Part shown: positions 1 to 10,081 of the stretch, one piece after another | How positions within the stretch are numbered: the first letter of the stretch is position 1 | Layout of the letters: every line of letters begins with the position of its first letter | Source of the DNA: an uncultured Actinomycetota bacterium | GTDB taxonomy: Bacteria; Actinomycetota; Actinomycetes; Propionibacteriales; Nocardioidaceae | Direction: 5' to 3' | Length of the DNA: 64,000 bases | Assembly: GCA_963751975.1 (NCBI GenBank) | Contig: CAVVWK010000001.1 | Span: forward strand, 241,152 to 305,151 | Position numbers and translations under genes: made by a program | Notes under the pieces: model-generated | What the model was told of the DNA's origin: nothing | The model's input: only the letters and a program-made list of their open reading frames with translations | Database searches by the model: none

Positions 1-572
1 CGGGTCCCCGCTGGCTGCGGTCCCGGCAGCACCAGCCCGCGCTGCACGGAGGCCGCGTCGGTCGCGCGGTAGCCGGCGGTGTAGCGGTCCTTCAGCGACT
101 CGCCGTCGATCTTCTCCTGCAGCTTGAGGATGCCCTGCAGCAGCGCCTCCGGCCGCGGCGGGCAGCCGGGCACGTAGACGTCGACGGGGATGATCTGGTC
201 GACGCCCTTGGTCACGCAGTAGGAGTCCCAGTAGGGCCCGCCGGAGTTGGAGCACGAGCCGAACGAGATGACGTACTTCGGCTCGGGCATCTGCTCGTAG
301 AGCCGCTTGATGGCGGGCGCCATCTTGTCGGTGACCGTGCCCGAGACGACCATCAGGTCGGCCTGCCGCGGGCCGGGCGCGAACGGGATCACGCCGAGCC
401 GGATGAAGTCGTGGCGGGCCATCGAGGTGGCGATGAACTCGATCGCGCAGCAGGCCAGCCCGAAGTTGAACACCCACAGGGAGTACTTGCGGCCCCAGTT
501 GAGCAGGTAGCGGGCCGGCTTGGGCGCGAGCCTCTGCAACGGGCCGACCGTCGGCATCCCCAGCTCGGTCAC
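1..572 (-). CDS. nuoB: NADH-quinone oxidoreductase subunit B, second copy (3' end runs off window)
   Basis: Manual translation from GTG at 572: [20 protein letters not shown]...[19 protein letters not shown]...FGSCSNSGG...[11 protein letters not shown]; start overlaps nuoA stop. Confidence 0.93.
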   Translation of the reverse strand, partial: MTELGMPTVGPLQRLAPKPARYLLNWGRKYSLWVFNFGLACCAIEFIATSMARHDFIRLGVIPFAPGPRQADLMVVSGTVTDKMAPAIKRLYEQMPEPKYVISFGSCSNSGGPYWDSYCVTKGVDQIIPVDVYVPGCPPRPEALLQGILKLQEKIDGESLKDRYTAGYRATDAASVQRGLVLPGPQPAGT

Positions 573-949
573 GTCCACGTCAGCACCCCCTTGCGCCACG
601 CGTAGACCAGACCGACGGCGATGAAGCCGATGAAGACGCCCATCTCGGCCACGCTGACCCAGCCCAGCCCGGCGAACACGGTCGCCCACGGGAACAGGAA
701 GACCGCGTCGACGGCGAAGATCACGTAGAGGTACGCGAAGACGTAGTAGCGCACGTGGGTCTGCGCCCAGCCCTCCCCGACCGGGTCGACGCCGCACTCG
801 TAGGTGAGCAGCTTCTCCGGGGTGGCGTGTGCGGGGCGGAGCATCGCGTTGCCGCCGAACATCGCGGCGACCAGCAGGACACCGAGCACGATGATCGCGA
901 GCAACGGGACGTACGTCCCGAAGTAGTCCGCCGCGCTCGAACCCGCCAC
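569..949 (-). CDS. nuoA: NADH-quinone oxidoreductase subunit A, second copy
   Basis: [44 protein letters not shown]; three hydrophobic segments. Confidence 0.93.
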   Translation of the reverse strand: MAGSSAADYFGTYVPLLAIIVLGVLLVAAMFGGNAMLRPAHATPEKLLTYECGVDPVGEGWAQTHVRYYVFAYLYVIFAVDAVFLFPWATVFAGLGWVSVAEMGVFIGFIAVGLVYAWRKGVLTWT

Positions 950-958
950 GTGGCCACT

Positions 959-1528
959 CTAGGGATTCATGCGCCCGTCCGCAGGTGGCGCGCCCCCCGA
1001 CAGGTCGTAGACGCGCCGGATGCTGCTGCCCAGCTTGCCGATGTCGGCCCCGTAGACGTGCAGCGAGATCGCCTTCGTCGTACCGCTGTTGGAGACCCGG
1101 TGGATGTCGCCGGGCGGCGCGATGCCGGTCACCTCGCCTCGGCGGTTGACCGTGTGTCCGGACGCGACGAGCTGGCGGCGACCCTTGCGGCCGGCCAGCC
1201 GGTAGAGGATCTCGGTCTCCTGCCCCTCGTACACGCCGACCGTGCACCAGGACACGTGGTCGTGCACCGGAGTCGCCTGCCCGGGGAGCCAGACCAGTGC
1301 CACGACCGAGAAGGACCCGTCTGGCTCCACGTGCAGCACGTGCTGGGTGTAGCCCTCCTCCGACCCCTCCCGCTGGTGCGGTGCGAGCAGGCCGGGCTGA
1401 CGCAGCGCGGGGCGGAGGTACTCGGCGACGTGACGCGCCGTGTCGCCGTCGGACAGCCCCCGGGCGACGACGGTGCGGATACGCGTGATCAGGTCGGTGA
1501 GCGGCGTGCGTACGACGGTGGTGGTCAT
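959..1528 (-). CDS. Cysteine dioxygenase family cupin
   Basis: [14 protein letters not shown]...[10 protein letters not shown]...AISLHVYG; ATG at 1528 with GAGGAGG RBS. Confidence 0.85.
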   Translation of the reverse strand: MTTTVVRTPLTDLITRIRTVVARGLSDGDTARHVAEYLRPALRQPGLLAPHQREGSEEGYTQHVLHVEPDGSFSVVALVWLPGQATPVHDHVSWCTVGVYEGQETEILYRLAGRKGRRQLVASGHTVNRRGEVTGIAPPGDIHRVSNSGTTKAISLHVYGADIGKLGSSIRRVYDLSGGAPPADGRMNP

Positions 1529-1541
1529 GACACGCCCCTCC

Positions 1542-2844
1542 TCAGCCCACCAGGGCGGCGTTGGACGGGAGCGGACGCATCGCACCGGCGACCACTCGTG
1601 CCTGACGGCGGATGTCCGGCACGGCGGCGACCTCCCACTCGCACCCCCGGCGTGCGGCGCCGACGACGTGCACGGCGCGGGCCGGAACCCCTGCCTCGTC
1701 GAGGAGCCGGCCGTCGGCGGACACGTCGAGACCCAGGCCGTGCGGCCCGGGTCGCAGCAGTCCCCGCGCGGCGAGGCCGTCGACGAGCGGGTTCCACCCC
1801 GGCGTGGCCGCGGGCGCGGGCCCGGTGCAGTTGACGACCAGGTCGAACGACGTCACGTCGACGGCGTCCGGCCGGGTCACCCGCAGTCGGCCGTCCAGGA
1901 GGAGACCCTCGACGAGATCCGCCATCGCAGGCGCCATCCGGTGCCGGGCGACCTCCCAGTACCGCGCCGAGTGCCGCAGGAACCGCTGCTGCTCCCCGTA
2001 GCTCCAGGCGGCCCACTGCCGGTTGGCACCGGCCTTCACCGACTCCACGACCCCGCGCCAGTCCCCGCCGGCGTGCACGTTCGCGGCGCGGGCGGCCGCG
2101 AACGCCGCGGCCACGGTCGGCGCGGGGGCACCGGGAACGCCCGACCGGCAACGGCGGGTGGTCGAGATGGCGCAGCGGCAGGAGGCCATGGCGCGAGACC
2201 GCCACCATCTCGACCTCGTGGTGTGCGTCGGCGAGCTGGGCGGCGACGTCCACCGCGGTCAGGCCGGACCCGACCAGCAGCACGCGACCTCCTCGCGCCA
2301 CCCGGTCGCTGAGGTCGGAGGCCCACGGGTCGGCGGCGTACGCCGCGGCGGCGGCACGGTAGCCGGGCAGGTCCCGCGGCGGCGGGTTGCCCAGCGCGAG
2401 AACGACGATGTCGGCCGGCAGCTGGGCGCCCGAGGCAAGCGTCACCGAGTAGTCGGTGCCGCTGTCGTCGATGCCGACCACCTCGCCCCGCAAGCCGGCG
2501 ACCCGCGAACCCACGGGCACCGGCGCGTCGAGGAGGCTTGCGAGGTAGGCGCCGTAGACGTGCCGGGGCAGGAACGTGTCGGCGCTGACGATGTCGTCCT
2601 GCTCCCGGCACCACCGGACGAGGTGCCCGGGATCGTCCTCGAACGCGCTCATCCGGCCCGCGTAGTTGTTCAGCAGGTGAAGGCTCTCGCGGGTCCCGTA
2701 GGCGAGCCCGGGTCCGACGACCTCGCCGCGCTCGACGATGCAGATGTCCAGGGGCGTTCCTCCACGCTCGCGAAGCATGGTGGCCGCCGTGATCACACCG
2801 GCCGCTCCACCGCCCACGACCACGACTCGCACGGGTCTCCGCAC
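1542..2844 (-). CDS. FAD/NAD(P)-binding protein (frameshift near 2130-2190)
   Basis: N-terminal VVVVGGGAAG, GPGLAYGT, HLLNNYAGRMSAF, second GSGLTAVD motif; C-terminal half (VVNCTGP, WEVAAVPDIRRQA) in ORF 1542..2189. Confidence 0.8.
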
Positions 2845-2872
2845 CTTCCACGCCCTCTCACTCGATCGAACC

Positions 2873-2893
2873 AGTAAATACCAGTGATTTACT
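2873..2893. promoter_or_regulatory. AT-rich inverted repeat, candidate operator
   Basis: AGTAAAT-N7-ATTTACT just upstream of the FAD protein/cysteine dioxygenase operon. Confidence 0.45.
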
Positions 2894-3028
2894 AGAGATA
2901 CCTTGCCACGGGCGTGGCGGAAACGCACGTCGCGCCTCACCGGGCGTGTCGCGGGTGCGTCCGTCCCACAGCCGGGGCCGACCGGCCACTACCCTGCGCA
3001 AGGTAAAGGCACTTCGACGGGCGGACGA

Positions 3029-3054
3029 GCAACCTTTCCGCCGGGCATCGCGTC
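3029..3054 (+). promoter_or_regulatory. ECF (SigE-like) promoter candidate
   Basis: GCAAC-N17-CGTC directly upstream of the L,D-transpeptidase start. Confidence 0.5.
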
Positions 3055-3063
3055 AGAGGAGAC

Positions 3064-4197
3064 ATGAACAGGATCGGACGGCAACACCTACGCCGCGCCC
3101 TGGTGGGCTCGACCACGACGCTGGCGGTCGTCATCACGGCCGCCGGTGCGTCGTACGGCGTCGTCGGGCTCAGCGCCGCGACCGACACGGCGCTGCGCGA
3201 CCGGGCACTGCCGCGGACGGTGACGGTCGACCCAGCGGTCGAGCAGGCACCGGACGCACCGGTGCGGCAGCCACAGGACCGTCTCCCGCAGCCGCCGCCG
3301 GCCTCGGCTCCCGAGCCGGTGCTCGAGCCGGGCGACAGCGGCCGCAAGGTACGCATCCTCCAGGCCCGGCTCGCTCAGCTCGAGTGGTTCAACCCGCCGA
3401 TCACCGGGGAGTACGACCGCGTCACCAAGCGCGGCGTGCGGGGGTTCCAGCGCAAGCGCGGCTTCGAGCGCACCGGCGTGGTCGATGCACGCACCTGGCG
3501 CCGGCTGCAGCGGATGACCCAGAAGCCGAGCGAGGACGTGCTCTTCAACCGCGCCGGCCGGCCCCTCTTCGAGCCCGGCGACTCCGGCATCCGGGTGCGC
3601 CGGATCCAGGCACGGCTGCGTCAGATCGCCTGGTACTTCGGCGACGTCACCGGCACCTACGGACCCAGCACCCGCAAGGCGGTGCACGGCTTCCAGGGCA
3701 AGCGCGGCATCCCGCAGACCGGCAAGGTGGACCGCCGCACGCTCGACCTGCTGGTCGGCATGACGACGAACCCCACCGCCGCCGAGCTGGCCAACCGGCC
3801 GCCGGACCCGGCGGACGGGCGGCCGCTCGACCCGCGGTGCAGGACCGGCCTCGCCCTCTGCATCGACAAGACCTCGCGCAGCCTCCGCTGGGTCGTCAAC
3901 GGCAAGGTCAAGGTCACCGTCGACGTCCGGTTCGGGTCCGCCGAGCTGCCCACCCGTGAAGGCGTCTTCTCGGTCTACCGGAAGTCCCGCGACCACGTGT
4001 CCTCGCTGTACCACACGTCCATGCCGTTCGCGATGTTCTTCTCCGGTGGCCAGGCGGTGCACTACTCCCCCGACTTCGCCGCCACCGGCTACAACGGCGC
4101 CTCCCACGGCTGCGTGAACGTGCGCGACTACAACGCGATCGCCAGCCTCTACGACCGGGTCCCCATCGGCACCCGCGTCGTCATCTACTGGTCCTGA
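3064..4197 (+). CDS. L,D-transpeptidase with two peptidoglycan-binding domains
   Basis: N-terminal signal/anchor, two repeats of LEPGDSG..VR.LQARL...TG.Y...T...V.GFQ.KRG, C-terminal YkuD motif AVH...SHGCVN. Confidence 0.9.
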   Translation: MNRIGRQHLRRALVGSTTTLAVVITAAGASYGVVGLSAATDTALRDRALPRTVTVDPAVEQAPDAPVRQPQDRLPQPPPASAPEPVLEPGDSGRKVRILQARLAQLEWFNPPITGEYDRVTKRGVRGFQRKRGFERTGVVDARTWRRLQRMTQKPSEDVLFNRAGRPLFEPGDSGIRVRRIQARLRQIAWYFGDVTGTYGPSTRKAVHGFQGKRGIPQTGKVDRRTLDLLVGMTTNPTAAELANRPPDPADGRPLDPRCRTGLALCIDKTSRSLRWVVNGKVKVTVDVRFGSAELPTREGVFSVYRKSRDHVSSLYHTSMPFAMFFSGGQAVHYSPDFAATGYNGASHGCVNVRDYNAIASLYDRVPIGTRVVIYWS

Positions 4198-4211
4198 GGA
4201 AACCGTCGGGG

Positions 4212-5198
4212 CTAGGCCGACACCTCCGCGACCGGCCTGGCCCCGACCGTCATCGCGCCGCGGTGCGGTGTCATCCACACCCGGTCGCCCACCCGGAGCT
4301 CCGACGCGCGCGCCTCGGCCCGGCTGAGCACGACGGAGACGGGGCGTCCCTCGCCTGCGTCCACGGTGACCCGGACCTCGAAGCCGACCCGGAGCAGCCG
4401 GGACACGCTCCCGGGCACGGCGCCCGGCACTCCGGGGCTGGTGTGCAGGTCGATGTCGTGCGGACGGAGCAGCACGCCGTCGAGCGTGGTGACCTCACCG
4501 AGGAACGACATCACGAAGTCGTTGGCGGGCTCGTCGTACAGCTCGTCCGGTGGGCCGACCTGCTCGATCCGGCCGTCGTTGATGACCACGATCTCGTCGG
4601 CGACCTCCAGGGCCTCCTCCTGGTCGTGGGTCACGAAGACGGTCGTCACGTGCACCTCGTCGTGCAGCCGGCGCAGCCACTCGCGCAGCTCCTTGCGCAC
4701 CTTCGCGTCCAGGGCGCCGAACGGCTCGTCGAGGAGCAACACCTTCGGCTCGACGGCCAGCGCCCGCGCCAGAGCCATCCGCTGGCGCTGACCGCCGGAC
4801 AGCTGGGCGGGCAGACGGTGCGAGAACTGCTGCAGGTGCACGAGCTCCAGCAGCTCGTCGACCCGCGCGCGCACCTCCGCCTTGGGGCGTTTGCGGATCT
4901 CCAGGCCGAACGCGACGTTCTTGGCCACCGTCATGTGCTTGAACGCGGCGTAGTGCTGGAACACGAAGCCGACGTTGCGGCGCTGGGGCGGCAGGTGCGT
5001 GGCCTCGGTTCCCTCGATCTCGACGCTGCCCTCGTCGGCCGACTCGAGGCCGGCGATGATCCGGAGCAGCGTGGACTTGCCACCACCGCTCGGTCCGAGC
5101 AGGGCGGTGAGCTGCCCGGTGGGGATGGACACGGAGACGTCATCGACGGCGACGAAGTCACCGAACCGCTTGCTGACGCCTCTGACCTCGATACTCAT
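4212..5198 (-). CDS. cysA: Sulfate ABC transporter ATP-binding protein
   Basis: True start [13 protein letters not shown]; [35 protein letters not shown]; TOBE-like C-terminus. Confidence 0.93.
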   Translation of the reverse strand: MSIEVRGVSKRFGDFVAVDDVSVSIPTGQLTALLGPSGGGKSTLLRIIAGLESADEGSVEIEGTEATHLPPQRRNVGFVFQHYAAFKHMTVAKNVAFGLEIRKRPKAEVRARVDELLELVHLQQFSHRLPAQLSGGQRQRMALARALAVEPKVLLLDEPFGALDAKVRKELREWLRRLHDEVHVTTVFVTHDQEEALEVADEIVVINDGRIEQVGPPDELYDEPANDFVMSFLGEVTTLDGVLLRPHDIDLHTSPGVPGAVPGSVSRLLRVGFEVRVTVDAGEGRPVSVVLSRAEARASELRVGDRVWMTPHRGAMTVGARPVAEVSA

Positions 5199-6004
5199 CG
5201 GCCCTCCTTCGGGCGAAGTAGCGCCACCACGACGATGCAGAGCACTGAGGCGGCGGCCAGGAGGAACGACACCGAGTAGGCCGTCTCCTGCTGGAAGTTC
5301 TGGTAGCGCTGCTGGACCAGCAGCGTGGCGAGCTGGGTGTCCCCGGCGACGTTGCCCGAGACGACCTTGACGGCGCCGAACTCGCCGAGCGACCTGGCCA
5401 GGCTCAGCACGACGCCGTACACCACGGCCCACTTGATGCTCGGCAGCGTGATGCGCAGGAAGGTCTGGCGCGCGTTGGCCCCGAGGCTCCGGGCAGCCTG
5501 CTCCTGCTCGTCGCCGATCTCCTGCAGCACGGGCACGACCTCGCGGACCACGAGGGGCAGCGCGACGAAGCACGTCGCCATGATCATCGCCGGCTCGTTG
5601 AAGATCACCTGGACACCGTTGGCCTCCAGGGTCTGCCCGAACCAGCCGGTGCGTCCGTTGTAGACGAGCACCAGCGCGAGTCCGACCACGACCGGTGAGA
5701 CCGCCAGCGGGAGGTCGATGAGCGCCGAGAGCAGGCGCTTGCCCGGGAACTCGTTGCGCACGAGCAGCATCGAGATGCCCACCCCGAACACGAGGTTGAT
5801 GAGGACCGCCGACACGGCCACCACCACCGTGAGCTGCAGCGCGTGCACGACGTCGGGATCGGCGAGGGCCGTCTGCAGGCCCGCGAGACCGTTCTCGAAC
5901 GTGCGCTGCACGACCAGTGAGCTCGGCCAGGCGACCAGGAAGAACAGGTAGGTCACGACGAGGAGGCGTAGCGACCACCGGACGAGACGCGAACCGTCAG
6001 TCAC
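5195..6004 (-). CDS. cysW: Sulfate ABC transporter permease
   Basis: [33 protein letters not shown]. Confidence 0.9.
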   Translation of the reverse strand: MTDGSRLVRWSLRLLVVTYLFFLVAWPSSLVVQRTFENGLAGLQTALADPDVVHALQLTVVVAVSAVLINLVFGVGISMLLVRNEFPGKRLLSALIDLPLAVSPVVVGLALVLVYNGRTGWFGQTLEANGVQVIFNEPAMIMATCFVALPLVVREVVPVLQEIGDEQEQAARSLGANARQTFLRITLPSIKWAVVYGVVLSLARSLGEFGAVKVVSGNVAGDTQLATLLVQQRYQNFQQETAYSVSFLLAAASVLCIVVVALLRPKEGR

Positions 6005-6845
6005 GATTGCTCACCTTCCGTTGGATCAGGTCGAGCGCGACGAGCGCGAGCAGGGCCACCACGAGCATCACGGTGGCGACCGCGGCCGCCGAAGCGGTGT
6101 TGCCACCCTCGAGGTAGGTGAGCACCCGCACCGAGGTCACCTCGGTGCGGTTGGGCAGGTTGCCGCTGAGCAGCACGAGCGAGCCGTACTCGCTGATGCC
6201 CCGGGCGAACGAGAGGGCCGCGCCCGCGAAGATCGCGGGGACGAGGGTCGGCAGCACGACACGTCGGAACGTGGTCGCGCGACTGGCGCCGAGCGAGGCC
6301 GCAGCCTCCTCGACGTCCGACTCCATCTCCTCGAGCACCGGCTGCACCGTGCGTACGACGAACGGCAACGTGACGAACGCCAGCGCCAGGAAGACCGCCT
6401 TGCGCGTGTTCGCGACGTCGACGCCCACCGGGCTGTCGGCACCGTACAGGGACAGCAGCACCAGCCCGGCCACGATCGTCGGCAGGGCGAAGGGGATGTC
6501 GATGATGACGTCGCAGATCCCCTTGCCGGGAAAGCGGTCACGCACCAGCACCCAGGCGATGACGGTCCCCATCACGATGTTCAGGGCGGTGACCAGGACC
6601 GACGTCACGACGGTGAGCCGCAGCGCGGCCAGCGTCTGGGGGTTGGTGAGCGTCTCCGCGTAGGTCTCCCAGCCGCCGCCCGAGGCGGTCACCACCACGG
6701 CGGAGAGCGGAATCAGCACCAGGAGGCTGAACCAGGTCAGGGCGACCCCGAGACCCAGTGCGGAGCCGCGGGTCAGGGCACCCGAGCGGGCCGCCCTGCG
6801 CGTGCGCGCAGGGCGGCCCACCGCGGGCGTCGCGGTGAGAGCCAC
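5997..6845 (-). CDS. cysT: Sulfate ABC transporter permease
   Basis: DIPFALPTIVAG, LPFVVRTVQPVL, EEAAASLGA, EYGSLVLLSGNLP. Confidence 0.92.
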   Translation of the reverse strand: MALTATPAVGRPARTRRAARSGALTRGSALGLGVALTWFSLLVLIPLSAVVVTASGGGWETYAETLTNPQTLAALRLTVVTSVLVTALNIVMGTVIAWVLVRDRFPGKGICDVIIDIPFALPTIVAGLVLLSLYGADSPVGVDVANTRKAVFLALAFVTLPFVVRTVQPVLEEMESDVEEAAASLGASRATTFRRVVLPTLVPAIFAGAALSFARGISEYGSLVLLSGNLPNRTEVTSVRVLTYLEGGNTASAAAVATVMLVVALLALVALDLIQRKVSNRD

Positions 6846-6847
6846 GA

Positions 6848-7870
6848 CTACTGGCCCGCTTCGGCCTGGATCTTGGCGATGATGCCGTCGTTCTCGTCGA
6901 AGAACTTGGTGTTGGCCTCGTCCCAGCCGCCGAAGTCGTCATCGATCGTCTGCAGCGTCGCCGGCTCGGGGTAGGGGTTCGCCGAGTCGTTGGCGCCCTC
7001 GACCTGGAGGTCGGCGACATCGACCAGCGGGCGGTACCCGGTGGCGGCGTACGCGGCCTGTCCTTCCTCGCTCTTCTGGTAGTCGAGGAACGCCTCGGCC
7101 TCGGAGCTCGCTCCCTCGGTCACCGTGCAGGGGTTCTCGATCAGCAGCGTCTCGTCGGGGATGACGTAGTCGAACTCGGCCCCGCTCTGTCGAGCCAGGA
7201 TGGCCTCGTTCTCGTAGGACAGCAGGACGTCGCCGTTGCCGCTCTCGAAAGCGGTCGTCGCGTCGCGGCCACTGTCGGGCAGGGCCACGACGTTGTCGAA
7301 GAAGTCCTCGATGTAGTCGGCAGCGTCGTCCTCGCTGCCGCCGGTGGCCAGCACGTGCCCGTACGCCGACAGCAGGTTCCACTTCGCGGAGCCGGACGAC
7401 GCCGGGTTGGGTGTCACGATGCCGACCCCCGGCTTGCTCAGGTCGTCCCAGCCGGTGAGGCCCTTGGGGTTGCCGCTGCGCACCACGAAGACCACCACCG
7501 ACTGGGTGCAGATGCCCTTGGTGTCGTTGTTCTTCCAGTCCTCGCTCACGAGCCCCGCGTCGACGAGGCGCGTGACGTCCGGCTCCAGGGAGAGGTGGAC
7601 CTCGTCCGCATCCTGCCCCGCCTCGACCGCGCGGCTCTGGTCGCCCGACGCGCCGTACGACGGTCGGAACGTGACACCGGCACCCGCGTCGGTGCCCTGG
7701 AAGCCCTCGATGACGGCCTCGTTCGCCTGCTCGAGCACGGAGTAGCCGATGAGGTTGATCTCGCCTGCGGTGCTGTCGCCGGAGCCGGCCTCGGAGGTCC
7801 CCCCGCACGCGGCCAGGCTCAGGAGGCCGATGACGGACGCCGCAGCCGCGGCACTGTTCTTGATGCTCAT
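6848..7870 (-). CDS. sbp: Sulfate ABC transporter substrate-binding lipoprotein
   Basis: Lipobox LAAC; SYGASGDQSRAV, TPNPASSGSAKWN, DVLLSYENEA. Confidence 0.9.
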   Translation of the reverse strand: MSIKNSAAAAASVIGLLSLAACGGTSEAGSGDSTAGEINLIGYSVLEQANEAVIEGFQGTDAGAGVTFRPSYGASGDQSRAVEAGQDADEVHLSLEPDVTRLVDAGLVSEDWKNNDTKGICTQSVVVFVVRSGNPKGLTGWDDLSKPGVGIVTPNPASSGSAKWNLLSAYGHVLATGGSEDDAADYIEDFFDNVVALPDSGRDATTAFESGNGDVLLSYENEAILARQSGAEFDYVIPDETLLIENPCTVTEGASSEAEAFLDYQKSEEGQAAYAATGYRPLVDVADLQVEGANDSANPYPEPATLQTIDDDFGGWDEANTKFFDENDGIIAKIQAEAGQ

Positions 7871-8063
7871 TGCAGCCTCTTCTGCTCGGTCCTCCCACCT
7901 AGCGGGAGGATTTAGATACCTAACTTACTCGACTTTAGCGAGAAGCCTGGCATTGGGGTGCGTGTCTCGCGGGACGAGACCCGCCCCTGGGCGTGAGACG
8001 GCACACAGGAGTCGCCGTGATCCGGACGAAGCGTGAACACGGCGTGTCGCGGTCGTAGAGTGA

Positions 8064-8082
8064 GGGAGTAAGGCACACCTCA
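8064..8082. promoter_or_regulatory. Possible DtxR/IdeR-type iron box
   Basis: GGGAGTAAGGCACACCTCA resembles TTAGGTTAGGCTCACCTAA mainly in its right part; follows a TAGAGT -10 upstream of korA. Confidence 0.35.
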
Positions 8083-8149
8083 GCTGTAGGGGCTCCGAGG
8101 GCACGCCCGCCACCGCGGGACTGTCCGCCCCGGGAAGAAGGCGAACGGC

Positions 8150-10081
8150 GTGACCAAACAGGTCAAGCAGCTCGACCGGGTGATCATCCGCTTCGCCGGC
8201 GACTCCGGCGACGGCATGCAGCTCACCGGAGACCGCTTCACGCAGGAGACCGCGACGTTCGGCAACGACCTGTCGACGCTGCCGAACTTCCCCGCGGAGA
8301 TCCGGGCCCCCCAGGGCACCCTCCCGGGCGTCTCCTCGTTCCAGGTGCACTTCGCCGACCACGACATCCTCACCCCGGGCGACGCGCCCGACGTCCTCGT
8401 CGCGATGAACCCGGCCGCGCTCCGGGCCAACCTCGGTGACATCAAGCGCGGCGCCACGATCATCGTGGACAGCCACGACTTCACCTCCCGCAACCTGACC
8501 AAGGCGGGCTACACCGACAACCCCCTGGAGAACGACGCCCTCGACGAGTACGACGTACAGCCGGTCGACCTGACCGGCATGACGGTCGAGGCGGTCAAGG
8601 AGTTCGGGCTGTCCCGCAAGGACGCTGCCCGGGCGAAGAACATGTTCGCCCTCGGCCTGCTGTCGTGGATGTACGGCCGACCGACCGAGTCCACGATCTC
8701 GTTCCTGGAGCGCCGGTTCGCCAAGGCGCCAGACATCCGCGACGCCAACGTGACGGCGTTCAAGGCCGGCTGGAACTTCGGCGAGACGACCGAGACGTTC
8801 GTGGTCCAGTACGAGATCAAGCCCGCGCCGATGACCACCGGCACCTACCGCAACATCACCGGCAACCTCGCGCTGGCCTACGGCCTGATCGCCGGCTCCA
8901 CCCAGTCCGGTCTGCCGCTGTTCCTGGGCTCCTACCCGATCACTCCTGCGTCCGACATCCTGCACGAGCTCAGCAAGCACAAGCGGTTCGGTGTCACCAC
9001 CTTCCAGGCCGAGGACGAGATCGCCGGCGTGGGTGCCGCACTCGGTGCCGCCTTCGGCGGTGCGCTCGGCGTCACGACCACCTCGGGTCCCGGCATCGCG
9101 CTGAAGTCGGAGACCATCGGCCTGGCGGTGATGATGGAGCTGCCGCTGCTGGTGGTCGACGTCCAGCGCGGTGGCCCCTCGACCGGCCTGCCCACCAAGA
9201 CCGAGCAGGCAGACCTGCTGCAGGCGATGTTCGGCCGCAACGGTGAGGCGCCGGTGCCGATCATCGCGCCGCGCTCACCCGCCGACTGCTTCGACGCGGC
9301 CGTCGAGGCGACCCGGATCGCGGTCACCTACCGCACGCCGGTGATGCTGCTGTCCGACGGCTACCTCGCCAACGGCTCCGAACCGTGGGCGATCCCCGAC
9401 GTGCACGACCTGCCGGTCATCGAGCCGGGCTTCGCCACCGAGACCAACCACACCGGGGTCGACGCGAAGACCGGCGCCGAGACCAAGGAGTTCTGGCCGT
9501 ACCTCCGCGACGAGAAGACCCTCGCCCGTCCCTGGGCCATTCCGGGCACACCGGGGCTCGAGCACCGCATCGGCGGGCTCGAGAAGGGTGACGGTCACGG
9601 CAACATCTCCTACGACCCGGCCAACCACGACCTGATGGTGCGCACGCGTGCCGCCAAGGTCGAGCGGATCAGTGCGGACCTGCCGCCGCTGGAGGTCGAC
9701 GACCCCTCGGGCGAGGCCCGCGTGCTGGTGCTCGGCTGGGGTTCGACGTACGGCCCCATCGGCGCCGCCGCTCGCCAGGTCCGAGACGCGGGCCTCAAGG
9801 TGGCCCAGGCGCACCTGCGTCACCTCAACCCCTTCCCGAGGGACCTCGGGGACGTGCTCAAGCGGTACGACGCGGTGCTGGTGCCCGAGATGAACCTCGG
9901 CCAGCTGTCGATGCTGCTGCGCGCCCGCTACCTCGTGGACGTGCACGGCTACAACCATGTGCGTGGCCTGCCACTGCGCGCCGCCGAGCTCGCCGAGGCC
10001 ATCACCGAGCTGATCGAGGCCACCAGCGACGACCGGGCCGACGTGGTCGAGCCCGTGCAGACCCAGGAGGTCGCCAGATGA
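8150..10081 (+). CDS. korA: 2-oxoacid:ferredoxin oxidoreductase alpha subunit
   Basis: IRFAGDSGDGMQL, SYPITPASD, QAEDEIA, TTSGPG, DVQRGGPSTGLPTKTEQ. Confidence 0.95.
   Translation: MTKQVKQLDRVIIRFAGDSGDGMQLTGDRFTQETATFGNDLSTLPNFPAEIRAPQGTLPGVSSFQVHFADHDILTPGDAPDVLVAMNPAALRANLGDIKRGATIIVDSHDFTSRNLTKAGYTDNPLENDALDEYDVQPVDLTGMTVEAVKEFGLSRKDAARAKNMFALGLLSWMYGRPTESTISFLERRFAKAPDIRDANVTAFKAGWNFGETTETFVVQYEIKPAPMTTGTYRNITGNLALAYGLIAGSTQSGLPLFLGSYPITPASDILHELSKHKRFGVTTFQAEDEIAGVGAALGAAFGGALGVTTTSGPGIALKSETIGLAVMMELPLLVVDVQRGGPSTGLPTKTEQADLLQAMFGRNGEAPVPIIAPRSPADCFDAAVEATRIAVTYRTPVMLLSDGYLANGSEPWAIPDVHDLPVIEPGFATETNHTGVDAKTGAETKEFWPYLRDEKTLARPWAIPGTPGLEHRIGGLEKGDGHGNISYDPANHDLMVRTRAAKVERISADLPPLEVDDPSGEARVLVLGWGSTYGPIGAAARQVRDAGLKVAQAHLRHLNPFPRDLGDVLKRYDAVLVPEMNLGQLSMLLRARYLVDVHGYNHVRGLPLRAAELAEAITELIEATSDDRADVVEPVQTQEVAR

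Noticed and set aside
4212-5978. 588-aa CysA with long N-terminal extension
   Set aside because: The extension is an alternate frame of cysW. The real start is the ATG at 5198 with a GGAGG RBS.
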